Shown one piece after another: positions 31,238 to 43,829 of a stretch of DNA of 64,000 nucleotides; within the stretch, counting starts at the first letter, position 1, and each line of letters opens with the position of its first letter. The stretch is from positions 2,294,001 through 2,358,000 of the forward strand of contig OX597838.1 in assembly GCA_951406725.2 (NCBI GenBank), written 5' to 3'. The notes under the pieces were generated by a model. The model saw only the letters and a program-made list of their open reading frames with translations. It was not told the origin of the DNA and did no database searches. A program made the position numbers and the translations under genes. The stretch comes from Octopus vulgaris. Its lineage: Eukaryota.

Positions 31238-31559
31238 GAAAGCAAGTGGCGCAGCGGTCAGTGGATTCGGCTGACGATCGTACGGGCATGAGTTCTGTTC
31301 CTCGCCGCATGTTGAGTTCCTGATGCTTTACTTGACATGGCTCCAGTCCACTCAGCTGGCAAAAATGAGTTGTAAATGTAATTCCAAAAGGCAGCCTTGT
31401 TACATTACGTGTCTCACTGAATCTTCCAGAGAGCTATATCAAGGGTACGCGTGTCTGTGGAGTACTCAGCCAGTTGCACGTTAACTTCACCAGCAAGCTG
31501 TTCTGATGATTGTGTCAACTGGAACACACGTCGTCGCAACCGACGGAGTGCCAGTTTTC
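31238..31559 (+). mobile_element. tRNA-derived SINE (D-like head, tail shared with the family B copy at 41399)
   Basis: Head GTGGCGCAGCGGTCAG...GAGTTC, then CTCCAGTCCACTCAGCTG, tail ...GTCGTCGCAACCGACGGAGTGC; flanked by a 10-bp direct repeat ATTAACGTGT (31228-31237 and 31560-31569). Confidence 0.8.
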
Positions 31560-31583
31560 ATTAACGTGTTATTTTGAAATATT

Positions 31584-31788
31584 GCTTTCAGATTTTGGCA
31601 CAAGGCCAGCAATTTTGCGGAGGGTTTAAGTTGATCACATTAACCCGTGCAGTCAACTTATTTTATCGAGTCTGGAAGGATGAAAGGCAAAATCGACCAC
31701 ATCGGAATTTGAACTCAGAACATAAAGCCGGACGAAATGCAGCTAAGCATTTTATCCGATGTGCTAACGATTCGGCCAGCTCGTCACC
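31584..31788 (-). mobile_element. SINE family C copy
   Basis: Reverse complement of the family C consensus; flanked by direct repeat GAAATATT (31576-31583 and 31789-31796). Confidence 0.85.
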
Positions 31789-32356
31789 GAAATATTCTGG
31801 AAATATTGAAGAAAGAACTCATCCGATGACGTTATATAACGAAAAAATAAGAACAACAGCGGTAGCATCATAATTTTGACGAAGGTTCATTGCGTAATTA
31901 ACGATGTTTCTGAAGATTTTTGTTTTACAGATTTGAGATTATCTTGTTAGTTTCCTGCCAGATAATTTCAGGAACTTAGGAGTGTTCTTTACAATTCTAT
32001 CACTAACAATTGAAGGGTGATTGGAAACGTATTCTTTCTTCCAGTCGATCTTTCGCTGTATATATCTTAATTGAATTAGAAATAAAAGTGATGAGTGGTA
32101 CCACAATATCGAAACGATTACACACAAGCGACAAATGTCAAGAACTCTAAGAAAATACAACCAAATGTCAAGGAAGCCTGGCAAATATACCATTTCAAGA
32201 ATTCGTTTTGTTTTTATATATAATATGGAAACGTTTACGTAAAAAGTTGTCTCATGGCAAAGAGAACTACTTCAAGGTAATATAAAATTGCCATGGCAAC
32301 AACGTGACACAACATCAGAAAGGTTCCCCAATAAATTCAAACATCTGAGTTACAAC

Positions 32357-32512
32357 AATGCACCTATCTTAACAATAGCAAGCTATCTTTGCATCAGCAT
32401 TGTATCTTAGCAACAGCTTGGTGTATTAGCAGCAGCATTCTGTATGACCGACAGCGATACATCTCAACGTCAGCATTGTATCTTAGCAACAGTATTTTGT
32501 TTTAGCAACAGC
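32357..32512. repeat. 19-bp minisatellite, about 8 degenerate units (CAGCATTGTATCTTAGCAA)
   Basis: Units start at 32357, 32376, 32395, 32414, 32433, 32452, 32471 and 32490; the units at 32395 and 32471 are identical. Confidence 0.85.
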
Positions 32513-32685
32513 CAGATGACAAGATAGTCATATCTGGAACGTCTATGATCGTTAGTGCACTAAATCAAGCCTGAACTGGAGCTAAATACCAACAACAACA
32601 ACGCTACCACCACCTACACTACCACCGCTACCAAGACCACCAATACCACCATCACTGCTACCACCACCAGCAGCAGCAGCAGCAG

Positions 32686-33060
32686 TGGAGGCTCAATGGC
32701 CCAGTGGATTTGGGCAGCTGCCTCGCGGTCGGAGGATCGCGGTTTCGATTCCCAGACCGGCCGTTGTGTGTGTTTATTGAGTGAAAACACCTAAATCTCC
32801 ACGAGGCTCTGACAGGGGGTGGTGGCGACTCCTGTTGTACTCTTTCGCTCCAACTTTCTCTCACTCTTTCTTCCTGTTTCTTGTCCCCGACTTCCTACGC
32901 AACCGCTGAGCCTGGATGCGCATTCATCCATCCGTCGATGCTCTCGGTGTCGGGGGTTGACCTGCTTTCTCTTCTGCGGGTCTTACGAATAGCAAAGGAC
33001 CGCGTTTCGGACTTCTCCAACTACAGGACGAAGACCGCTTCGCTCAACAAACAAACAAAC
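32686..33060 (+). mobile_element. tRNA-derived SINE family B, tail type 1
   Basis: TGGAGGCTCAATGGCCCAGTGG (box A), GGTTTCGATTCCC (box B), body shared with 41399 and 49431, (AAAC)n end; inserted in an (AGC)n tract. Confidence 0.9.
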
Positions 33061-33859
33061 AGCAGCAGCAGCAGCAGCGACGACAGCAACAACACAAGCC
33101 TATGGAGGAGCCTGTACGTTGTTGTTGCACCTGCTAGAAATAGCACCACTGCTTCCTCAAATCAAAGTCTACTATTCTTTTAAATGTGTTTATTGGATAG
33201 AAGAGTCCTGTGAAAACTATTTCTGAAGAGAAAAAAGGAATGGATGGTCATGTTTGGAATACTTTGATCTTTATTCAATTCAGTGAAGCGTAATCAAGAC
33301 CTACCCATCTACAACAAACGACAGTTAAACGCACAAATATCCTCATTAATTGCATAATTACCCGAAATATTACTCCTCATTAAAAAAGAAGATATTGAAT
33401 TAATTAATCAGATATCCTAGTCTCGAAACCATCAACGTTGCGGTTGTGGCATTTATTCATCTTTATACTACTTTATTTATTTATTTTTTCTTTTATTTAC
33501 ACACCACAATTCTATATTTTACTCCAGAATTCCCTGCCTCTTTGTCTACCAAAATTTCTTTTCCTTTTCCTTTTTTTTTTGTCTTTTTTTTTATCTAGCA
33601 CAATCCGCCATTTTATTCTACAGAAAGGAAATACAACTTTATCAGTTTTATCTTCCTCTTAGTTCCACACCATTCTTCACATTCGTCTCTCTCTCTCCCT
33701 CCCCACCCCCACCCCCATCCATAATTAGCCACCATTGAATATTTATAACTTTTCTTCAAATTCATTCTCTTCTACCATCTACTTATCTACTTTCACCATT
33801 TATATTTATTCGTCTTCCTCTTCTTTTATCTTTCTTCTTCAATTTTTTCATCTACTTCA

Positions 33860-33903
<44 letters not shown>

Positions 33904-33906
33904 TTC

Positions 33907-33980
<74 letters not shown>

Positions 33981-34043
33981 GTTGTTGTTGTTATTGTTGT
34001 TGTTGTTTTTGTTGTTGTTGTTGTTGTTGTTGTTATTATTATT
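33860..34043. repeat. Compound (CTT)(ATT)(GTT) microsatellite
   Basis: Directly visible. Confidence 0.95.
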
Positions 34044-34412
34044 ACCTCCGCCAAAGAAGGAGGTTATGTTTTCATCGGCGTTGGTTTGTCCGTCTGTGTG
34101 CAAAATAACTCCAAAAGTTGTGAACAGTATTTGATGAAACTTGGTAGAAAAGTTGGTAATGACACAAGGAACAGATACGGAAATTTTGGTAGTGATCTGG
34201 TAATTTTCATGGATCCTTGAAGGATTTTTCATTTGTTATATTTACTTTACATGATGTATTACAATGTTATTTCTTTGATTATCTCCCTTGAAAACACGTT
34301 CATCGTTTGCACGTAACCTATGGTGGCGTTGCTGTTTCCAAAGTTTATTTTCGCTTCTCAGTTTCCTTTTCAGGTGGAACTTGAAAACATCGATGAAGGC
34401 TTGGCTGAATAT
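34040..34412 (+). mobile_element. Putative Helentron-type non-autonomous element
   Basis: 5' ATTACCTCCGCCAAAGAAGGAGGTTATGTTTTC with ACCTCC/GGAGGT hairpin, GTTTGTCCGTCTGT micro-repeat, partial complementary subterminal motif CTTGGCTGA near 34400; this architecture is typical of HINEs. Confidence 0.65.
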
Positions 34413-34607
<195 letters not shown>

Positions 34608-34640
34608 TGGGATGTTGATGATAAAACAGACAGAAAAAAG

Positions 34641-34909
34641 ATGACTAAAAGTGATTTAAAACCAGAAATGGATTCTCTAATCTGTGCTGCCCAAGAGCAA
34701 GCATTAAGAACCAATTACATCAAATACAGAATAGACAACACATCAGAAAGTTATAAGTGGAGAATTCGTAGACAAAATTGTGAAACCGTATGACATATTA
34801 CTACTGAATGTACGCCACTGGCCCAGGGGGAATATGAGAGACGTCACGACAATACAGCAAGGATTGTTCATTGGACACTTGGTAACAAGTATGGACTTGG
34901 CAGAGAAAA
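34641..34909 (+). mobile_element. R4/Dong-clade non-LTR retrotransposon fragment (zinc knuckle and RHD region)
   Basis: Translation MTKSDLKPEMDSLICAAQEQALRTNYIKYRIDNTSESYKWRIRRQNCETV*HITTECTPLAQGEYERRHDNTARIVHW; AAQEQAL, decayed CCHC and Y..RHD motifs. Confidence 0.88.
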
Positions 34910-35249
34910 ATGTCACTAACTAAATTGCTACTCTGCTCTTTTCGTGATCAAAGCACCATCGGGAATCATTCTTCGGTAATTCTCGAATCAATAGTTCCAG
35001 TATTTATGGGCCAATAATATCCAGTGATTAATTTTTGATTTCTCAAATGAATTTTCCCAGAATGATCATGTCCTTTGTGTAAACCTGTGCAGCGTCGGTT
35101 GTTTTCAGGTAAAGCATGTATTTGCACGTCTGTCTGTCTGTTGGTATGTATGTATGTTTGTACATACGTACGTATGCATTTATACATGTATGCATGAATG
35201 CATGTATATAATGTATCCATGTATCATGTTTACATATATATGTGTGTGA

Positions 35250-35280
<31 letters not shown>

Positions 35281-35480
35281 CATGTATATGACTCTTCTAT
35301 TTTTTAATTATTATAAATCTTTCACAGAAGAGGGAGCCGGTTTCCAACAAAGATACAAAGCTCCATATTTGTTGGAACTTGAGAAAAGTCTTGCACATTT
35401 TTACTGTTTCACCCACAGATTGCTCTTGTAATTTACGAATTAGCAGGTCGATATCCCAGTTTATCCGGATTCTTCTTGTT

Positions 35481-35690
35481 TGTATGTATGTATGTATGTA
35501 TGTATGTATGTATGTATGTATGTATGTATGTATGTATGTATGTATGTATGTATGTATGTTTGTATGTATGTATGTATGTATGTATGTATGTATGTATGTA
35601 TGTATGTATGTGTATGTATGTATGTATGTATGTATGTATGAATGTATGTTTGTATGTATGTATGTATGTATGTATGTATGTATGTATGTA
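35481..35690. repeat. (TATG)n microsatellite
   Basis: Directly visible. Confidence 0.97.
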
Positions 35691-36037
35691 TTATGTTGAT
35701 AGGGTTAAGATCCAAGCTGCATCCTTTTGACGCACATTTGCTTCTACCAGTTTTCCAAAATTTTTTGTAAATACGAAATTTATGTGAGGTATGTATAAAA
35801 GTTGAAAAGTACAAGAAAATTTTTGTGGAGTAATTATATATCAAAACAGGAGATTTGAAAAACAATTGTGGATATTGTATATTCACCATTGCACATGTTT
35901 CGTAGGTTAATAGGAGTTACAAAATTGTATATATAAAAGAAACATATATAAATTCTTGCAGAGAATCAAATAATACAAAATTCACATTTCAATGAAGTGT
36001 TTATATATAGTAAGTTAATTAGTAATTCATTGATTTT

Positions 36038-36077
<40 letters not shown>

Positions 36078-37096
36078 ATATATACATACATATGTTAGAA
36101 GTGATATTTTGTTGCAAGTCGTGATTCAAGTCCAGCGCTCTTACAGAAGCTATCATTAAATTCGACTTTTGATACTATTCATATGTTTTATTAATATCTC
36201 CGTCTTTTTTAATGTTCTTTTTCTATTTAATATTTACTATGTGGCACACTGATGCCTCGTGTTATGCAACACTATGATACAATGGCAGTATTGTGTTATG
36301 TAATACTGCGGCACAATGATGTCTGCCATTATATAAAATTTTGGGTACAGATTTATCTGGCGTTTAAGTGTCAGACGTTTAAAAATATTTTAGCGAAAAA
36401 AGTTGATAGATGTCGATAAACATTTATTATCTCCGAACGATTGCTTAAGATATAATTCTATTAATTCCTGCAGAACAATATCTTCATTATTTTTCTGAAA
36501 TACAAAGATCACAGCCGTTGTTACCCTGATTTAGTTTCTGATAGATTCTGATATACTTTATGACTTAAAGACTTGATGCACATCGATAAATTTCTGACAA
36601 AAGATCTTTCGAGAATACTGGAAGTATATTTATGTCGATGATAACTGAAAAGAATTTTCGCTTAACTAGATATAATCTTCAGAAATTGAACTGTTAGCTA
36701 TAAATATTTTCACACAGTAAACAATCGATTTGGGGCGACAAATTATCTAATGGACAATTCACGTGGTTAAAACAATTGCACAAACAAGAAAATCTAGACG
36801 CAAATATCTGAAGAATATTTCACTATTAATATTATGAAACAGAATTGTGTACAACTACAACTTAATTGTCAATCATTTCTATCAAAATCTTTCGAACATA
36901 TGACATTTTAGGGAGGGAATATTCACGTTGTAAGTTTTTAAAATATTCAAAATACTTCTGGTAATATTAGGATTTCAAAAATTTACTGAACTAAATCATT
37001 CCACACTTAATCTTTTTCTGTGTCAAAAAAGATATAAATAAAAAGTTAATAAATTCTTCTTCTGCATCTGGTTGTTAGTGTTGTTGCGGTTATTAC

Positions 37097-37293
37097 AGCG
37101 AGCAAGCAGAACCGTTAGCACGAGGGACAAAATACTTCGCGGTAATTCGTGCTATTTAACGTTCTGAGCTCAGATTCTGCTGAGATGAATTTTTCCTTCG
37201 GGTCGATAAAGTAAGTGCCAGTTGGGCGCTAGGGTCGATACAATCTACTAACTCCCTTACCTGAAGTGGCTGGTATTGTGCAAGAATTTTAAA
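37097..37293 (+). mobile_element. SINE family C copy
   Basis: GCAGAACCGTTAGCACG...GGGTCGATAAAGTAAGTGCCAGTTG. Confidence 0.8.
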
Positions 37294-37370
37294 GCATTGT
37301 TGTTGTTGTTGTTATTATTATTATTATTATTATAGCTGGTGTTGTTGCTCTTGTTATTTTTGTTCTTCTG

Positions 37371-37585
37371 AAGGCGGCGAGCTGACAGAGCCGTTAGCAC
37401 GTCGGACCAAATGCTTAACGGCATTTCGTCCGTCTTTATGCTTTGAGCTCAAATTCTACCGAGTTGGATTTTGCCTTTAATCCTTGTAGGGTCGATAAAG
37501 AAAGTACCAGTTGATCACAGGGGTCGATGTGACAAACTTACCCACTCTCTTGAAATTGCTGGCCTTGTGCCAAATAACAGAAAGA
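37371..37585 (+). mobile_element. SINE family C copy
   Basis: AAGGCGGCGAGCTGACAGAGCCGTTAGCACG...GGTCGATAAAGAAAGTACCAGTTG...CTGGCCTTGTGCCAAA. Confidence 0.87.
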
Positions 37586-37629
37586 ATTATTGTTGCTATT
37601 GTTGCTGTTCACCTAGTTAATCTCTTCCT

Positions 37630-38110
37630 TAACACCGTTGCTTTCTATGGTTTCACTGTAATGAAGGCTTGCCTTAATAACGTTAGTATATTTAGGGCAA
37701 TATTGGAAAACAGTGTCCTGACATTTTTGACGGAATTATTTATGATGGCTGCAGGGTGGTTTGAAGCATTATTTATATACTGAATCGTTGTATTTGGATT
37801 GTGGGCTGTATTTATTGCTTTCTAAATTTAAGATCGAAGAAATTGGTTATGTGTAAGTTTGTATCAACAGCAATCTTTAGGCGTAAATCTTTAAACAACT
37901 CGGAGCAATTCTTTGAAAATTCTTCTTAGGTCTTCATGTCGCACATTGTTCTGCTTTCTGACAGATTATTGTAAATTATGAATCTCTCCACTTGTCAGAG
38001 AAGGACTCATGTACTTAGCAACCCGATTTGTGAGTAACAGTTTAAACTAATTAAATAATTTTGTGATAAGGAATAAACAGCTTCGGGAGATATTTGAAGA
38101 AATAAGCATT
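37630..38110 (-). mobile_element. Penelope-like element reverse transcriptase remnant
   Basis: Minus strand with frameshifts: LFKDLRLKIAVDTNLHITNFFD-LNLESNKYSPQSKYND-YINNASNHPAAIINNSVKNV, matching the PLE RT thumb pattern NFLD..L.L....Y.PY.K.N....Y....SNHP. Confidence 0.75.
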
Positions 38111-38399
38111 CTCTGATATAATTACATTCACGTCACTGTCAGATTCCCTCTATAGAACTGTCCCCTTAACTCGCGGTTCGGAGCAAAGGAAGTCATATCT
38201 GTCCATTATGAATGGCATCAAGTTGGAAAATGTTCGCCAACGTATTATTAAACCTTTGCCAAGTGAAGTGGTGCAACGGTTGAGCTGTGGATTCGAGAGT
38301 GTTTACCATCCTGTCTTTCTAAATATGAACTGTTTAAAATCTAAAATTAGAATCCGATCAGAGACTGTTAAAAGTAATTATTAACAACTTTATGTCACT

Positions 38400-38610
38400 A
38401 TTCGTTGCATCATCAAGTGCAGCAGCATCTTAATAAAATGTCTGTCCTCTGATGAGTTTTTCCTTTTATTTTTATAATCAATTATGGTTAGTTCTTGGTT
38501 TTCTGCAGCTAAAAGCAGACATTTTCTTTCTGTTTTTAATCCAAACACTTTTGCGTTATTTCTCACTCTTACTATATTTTTTTTTTATATATTATTCCTC
38601 TCTATCAAAT
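38400..38610 (-). mobile_element. Possible R4/Dong-like remnant
   Basis: Minus strand GLKTERKCLLLAAENQEL...YKNK resembles the LK.ETE..L.AAQ.Q.L motif also seen at 34641. Confidence 0.4.
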
Positions 38611-38739
38611 ATTCCAGTATATCGGTCCCGGAATAGTTCTTTATTATAAAAACTTGCTAACTCAGAACTTCTTCTTAAACTGTCTGACTGTTGGCTAAGC
38701 ATAAATATAGAACGATCTTCATATATAACATTATTTCTT

Positions 38740-39170
38740 TTTATCCGTTGCTTGTTTCAGTCATTAAGACTGCGGCCATGCTGGGGCACCGCGTTGATGA
38801 ATGTTTTTTCTAGGAAAATGAATCGACTCCAATACTTGTTTTAAAAGCTTGTTACTTATTCTGCAGGTCGTTTTGCCGAACCGCTGTACAACATGGATGT
38901 AAACACTCCAATACCGGTTGCTAAGCGGCGGTGGGGAACAGGCACACGCACATATACATCCACACACGCACACAAAAACACACACGCACACACACATTTA
39001 TATAGAGTACGGGTTCCTTTCAGTTTCCTTCAACTAAATCCACTTACAAGCTTTTGGTCGGCCCGAGTTTATAGAAGACGACACTTGCCCAAGGTGCCAT
39101 GCAATGGGACTGAACCTAGAACCATGTGGTTGGGTAAGAAGCCTTTCACCACACAGCCACGCCTGCGCCT
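38740..39170 (-). mobile_element. SINE family A, full length
   Basis: Reverse complement of the family A head (ACACAGCCACGCCTGCGCCT), internal CA tract and tail (CTGCGGCCATGCTGGGGCACCGC). Confidence 0.88.
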
Positions 39171-39455
39171 GTATCAGTTTTCATATGTTCTAACATTGGT
39201 ATTGTTATTTCTGATGTTATTTCTGTTGTTTCGTTCCGTGCGCAACGAATGCGTCCCGTAAGTTGTCTCATTTTCTTGGGTGGAGGCCATGTGTTTTGAG
39301 TCGTGGAATTGGTGTTATGGGCTTTAGTGCAGGGTCGTGTGCAATATGTGAGTTGTTGGTGTTGCGGTATTCAGTATTGATTATGTAAGGGTTTGGTGCT
39401 GGGATTTTTTATTTAGTTGTGGAGAGAATATGTCTCGCGTTATGTGTTACTTTAT

Positions 39456-39662
39456 TGGTTTCGAATTTTGGCACAATGCCAGCAGTTTCGAGTGAGTGTC
39501 CAAGTCATTTACATACACCGCAGTTCTCAAATAGTACTTATTTTATCGACTGCGAAAGGAGGAAAGGTAAAGTCGACCTGGAGAGAATGTGAACTCAGAA
39601 CGTCAAGACGGATGAAATGCCGTTATGAATTTAATCCGGCTTACTATCCATTTTCCCATCGA
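39456..39662 (-). mobile_element. SINE family C copy (diverged)
   Basis: TTTTGGCACAATGCCAGC...TACTTATTTTATCGAC...GAAAGGTAAAGTCGACC...GAACTCAGAACGT. Confidence 0.8.
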
Positions 39663-39838
39663 CGTTTCGACATATTCCCCGGATGATATAGCGGTCAAAT
39701 GAGAAATGAATTTATGTTAATATTCTCAATTTGCCCTTTATTACTATACATTACCATAATATATTATAACGCATTGTTATTTCCTTACAATACATTATTA
39801 GAATAAATTTTTATAATGTATTGTTATCACACATTATC

Positions 39839-40055
39839 AAGGCGGTGAGATGACAGAACCGTTAACATGCCGATTAAAATGCTTAGCAGCGTTTCGTCCG
39901 TTTTACGTTCTCAGTTCAAATTCTGCTGACCATGACTTTGCTTTACCTCCGTACGAGATCGTTAAAATAAGTAGTAGTTGAGTAAGGGATCAGCATACCC
40001 CCGTCCCACCAAAAAAAAATAAAAAAATCAGGTCTAGTACTTGTTATAGAAAAGG
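39839..40055 (+). mobile_element. SINE family C copy
   Basis: AAGGCGGTGAGATGACAGAACCGTTAACATGCCG...GTTCAAATTCTGC. Confidence 0.8.
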
Positions 40056-41194
40056 ATTATTACCACATATGATAATCCGTTTACCACATTTGACTAATCC
40101 AATGTGTCTTGGCTGAATTTATTAACAAATTTTATTAGAGTTTCCAACTGTCTCAGTCATAAATATTTTAAAAAAAATTTTCCATATTATTTATCGATTT
40201 CTTGTGGCCCTTGTGATGACTGCCAGTGATTATTTCATTCTGTAGATTTGTTAAGGATCTCAGAAGAATGGTACATGTGATAAAGACCCAACCAGGTGAT
40301 TATTTTCTTCTTGAGGTTACACGGCAAGTTTTAATCCTCATCTCTGGGTTCTCCTCATCGTTGTTTGTTTCTGTTCATTTTGACAAGGCTGGGTTGACGT
40401 AAATGCAAATACTGTTACATTCGACAGTCGTCAACGACTTTGAACGGTTTAAGCGTAAAGTTAATAGCATTCATATCGAAGGGATTTTGGAGGATCATCA
40501 AACTTCATGGGCATAGTTCTTGCTAGAACCTCTAGAGTAAACCAGAACAAATCAATATTATAAAAAACTGAAATGAAAATATATTTTCATATATTTTCAA
40601 CAACGACACACTTAAAATTTTAAGTGTCAGATTTTCCCCCATCACAACACCGAATATCAATTCTATGGCCGCCCAGTTGGTTTGATATCAATGATAAAAC
40701 TAATAAAAGAGGTGGCAGATTCTCTGCAGATATTCTCTCCTACCGAAAGTTGGAATTACATTTTCCTGTCACGCGCTGCGGAACCCAAAATGTGAGTGCT
40801 AATGGCAACACTGAATATAAATCATACATCCAACTGACATCCGAAAGGGACCGACATTTTAAATTGAAGGGACACCCTTCTTCCTTCGGATGCACGTTTT
40901 CAAATCAACTGCGCCAGGATTTAATTACTGGCGTCAACGATTTCAAAACCTACCTCGAATATCAATGATATATTCAATAACAATACAGACGATTAACCAA
41001 CGCAGACGGTAATTATTCTTGCTTTTCGTGAAATCACAGTTTAAGGCAATGGTTGTCGAGGCGCCATCTTGTATGCTATTAATTGTATCAGAACTTCATA
41101 TTACTGACGTCATCGTGGCATCCGCAGAATCGAGAATTAGTGTTCACTCAGAGTAGAGGCGCAAAAGACAGCACTCGTGTGTATGTGTGTATAC

Positions 41195-41249
<55 letters not shown>

Positions 41250-41398
41250 AATACACACATATAATCATATGTGTGTATATATATATATAGACAACGTTGT
41301 CAAACTTTGGTGGGGTATAGACACGCACATACATATACTCATACGCACGCACACACATGCACACACATGCACACACACACACACATATATACACACCT

Positions 41399-41760
41399 TG
41401 CACTCCGTCGGTTACGACGACGAGGGTTCCAATAGATCCGATCAACAGCCTGCTCGTGAAATTAATGTGCAAGTGACCGAGTACTCCACAGGCACATGTA
41501 CCCTTAGGGTAGTTCTCGGAGAGATTCAGCGGGACAAGGCTGGCCCTTTGAAATACAGGTACAACAGAAACAGGAAGAAAGGGTGAGAGAAAGTTGTGGT
41601 GAAAGAGTATAGCAGAGTTCGCCACCACCCTCTGCCGGAGCCTCGTGGAGCTTTAGGTGTTTTCGCTCAATAAACACTCACAGCGCCCGGTCTGAGAATC
41701 AAAACCACGATCCTACGACCTCGAGTAGGCTGCCCTAACCACTGGGCCATTACGCCTCCA
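41399..41760 (-). mobile_element. tRNA-derived SINE family B, tail type 2
   Basis: Minus strand TGGAGGCGTAATGGCCCAGTGGTTAGGGCAGC..., family B body, then a tail ending GTCGTCGTAACCGACGGAGTGC; inserted in a (CA)n tract. Confidence 0.9.
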
Positions 41761-41781
41761 CACACACACATACATATATAT

Positions 41782-41840
<59 letters not shown>

Positions 41841-42677
41841 TACAGCGGGACTTAATTAACAGGCGTCAACTATCTCAAAGCCTTCTTCGACTATTACGCC
41901 TGCGCCTGCGTCTATGTGTTTATTTTTAGTGCGTCTAGCTCTCCTGTGACTGTCGTAATATAGTAACCCGTCCTATGAGATATGTGTGTGTGTGTGTGTG
42001 TGATTTTTGAGTCATCAAAGTATAAGCTTCAATGGTTGCGTATCACTTTAAAATCTCTTATCTGGCTGTCAACGGTAAGACGTAACGCTGTCTAAGATGA
42101 ATCGCAGTTTGGACAATATTATTTGATGTTTGAAAGTCAATTGATCTTAATAAATTGTGTGTGACTGAGGATAAAACGCATCGTTGTGTGGGTCAAGCAG
42201 TCCATTGTAGAACATCTCGGGTACCTGTTTTCTATAACAGAATCTGATCGACCAATATCTCGTGACAGAATTTCGTGGACAGAAACTGTGTTAAAGACAA
42301 TTCGTATACATACATACATACATACATACATACATACATACATACATACATACATACATACATACATACATACACACATATATACAGACACATACATACA
42401 TACATACATACATACATACATACATACATACATACATACATACATACATTAATAAACATAAACATGTCTTTGTGTGTGTATAAATAAATGCATGTATATA
42501 TATGTGTGTTATGGAGTGATGTATACAGAGGCAATGTTATTACCAGTTCGAATAGGCTTGAGGCACGTTCGAAACCGTAAGCAAGCTATTCACTGTATTT
42601 TATCATGGAGAAAATTTCTTACTGTGGACAAATGGAGTAAATACACCTAAATCAGCTCGCGGCGCCACCTATCCAGA

Positions 42678-42725
42678 CAGTGAGATGCAAGCATTTCGGA
42701 GTGGTTATCTCCTCTTCAGCTACCG
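42678..42725 (-). ncRNA. Type I hammerhead ribozyme motif
   Basis: Minus strand cggtag-CTGAAGA-GGAG-ataacca-CTCC-GAAA-TGC-tt-GCA-TC-tcactg; canonical core, G-C closing pair of stem II, AUC cleavage triplet, weak stem I. Confidence 0.7.
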
Positions 42726-42760
42726 AAACCAAACAGAGTGCGCTGCAAGCTGTTCATATT

Positions 42761-42955
42761 TGTGCCCCACCCAATGTTACTTGAATAACCGGTGTTTGCA
42801 TGTTTACATCACCGTAACTTAAAAACAAGGTAGAATAATTAACAGATTTAAAAGGAAACTAACAACAAAAGCTAACTACTAGGATCGATTTGTTCGGTTA
42901 AGACATTACCAGGCGCTGCCCCAGCATAGCCGCAGTTCAAGGACTAAAACCAGTC
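42761..42955 (+). mobile_element. SINE family A, 3' half (old)
   Basis: TGTTTACATCACCGTAACTT...GATCGATTTGTTCG...GGCGCTGCCCCAGCATAGCCGCAG. Confidence 0.7.
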
Positions 42956-43241
42956 AGACACACAAGATATCCGATTCTTAAATACTCGTCCTTTCCATTC
43001 AAAAATAGACACATAGCAGCAAAAATCTCTGTTGTTTTGAAACGTAACTCTATAGAAATAATGTATACACAGACCTCACACACAATATGCATCCAAATAC
43101 ATCATATATGTATTCACAAATAAGAAATATGTAATCAAAATTTGAAATAATGCCAGAACACCTACAAAGCAATACACAGCACATAACCCAGATACTGACA
43201 AGGCAAGTCAACCAACTTCAAATATCAAAAGGCAACCTTTA

Positions 43242-43288
43242 ACAATCTGACGATTGTCGTCTACAATCTGAAACCTGTTGGTCATTGT
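43242..43288 (+). ncRNA. Type I hammerhead ribozyme motif
   Basis: acaat-CTGACGA-TTGT-cgtct-ACAA-tct-GAAA-CC-tgtt-GG-TC-attgt; perfect 5-bp stem I, GUC triplet, irregular stem II junction. Confidence 0.65.
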
Positions 43289-43556
43289 GAAATATTGAAA
43301 TATTGAACATTGCTCTATAAATGTAGTTTGTTCGTCCTATTCTGTGCGATCGGAGCACAAAGCATAACGTAAATGCTATTCGCTTAGTTTGTCGTTCTAT
43401 CTCTGTCTGTCTGCCTCTCTCTCTCTCTCTCCCCGCCATATATATCTATACATACACACACACACACACACAATAACTTTTGCTTGTCTATTTTGTCCCT
43501 CTGTCTTATCTCAGACACCCTCATTTTTAATTGTAAAAATTATATATATATATATA

Positions 43557-43720
43557 TAGGAGTGGTTGTTTGGTAAGACGCTTGTTACCCAACCACATGG
43601 GGTTCCGGGTTCAGTCGCACTGGGTGGCACCTTGGAAGAATGTCTTCTATTATAGCTTCGGGACAGCCAAAGCCTTGTGAGTGGATTTGGTAAACAAAAC
43701 CTGAAAGAAGCCCGTCGTAT
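43557..43720 (+). mobile_element. SINE family A, 5' half
   Basis: GGAGTGGTTGTTTGGTAAG...CCAACCACATGG...GAAAGAAGCCCGTCG followed by (TA)n. Confidence 0.85.
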
Positions 43721-43742
43721 ATATATATATATATATATATAT

Positions 43743-43829
<87 letters not shown>

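Noticed and set aside
32357-32512. CRISPR-like regular array
   Set aside because: Contiguous 19-bp tandem units with no unique spacers, eukaryotic context and no cas genes
40624-40968. 114-aa non-repetitive ORF
   Set aside because: GTG start, no recognisable motif and no convincing splice sites
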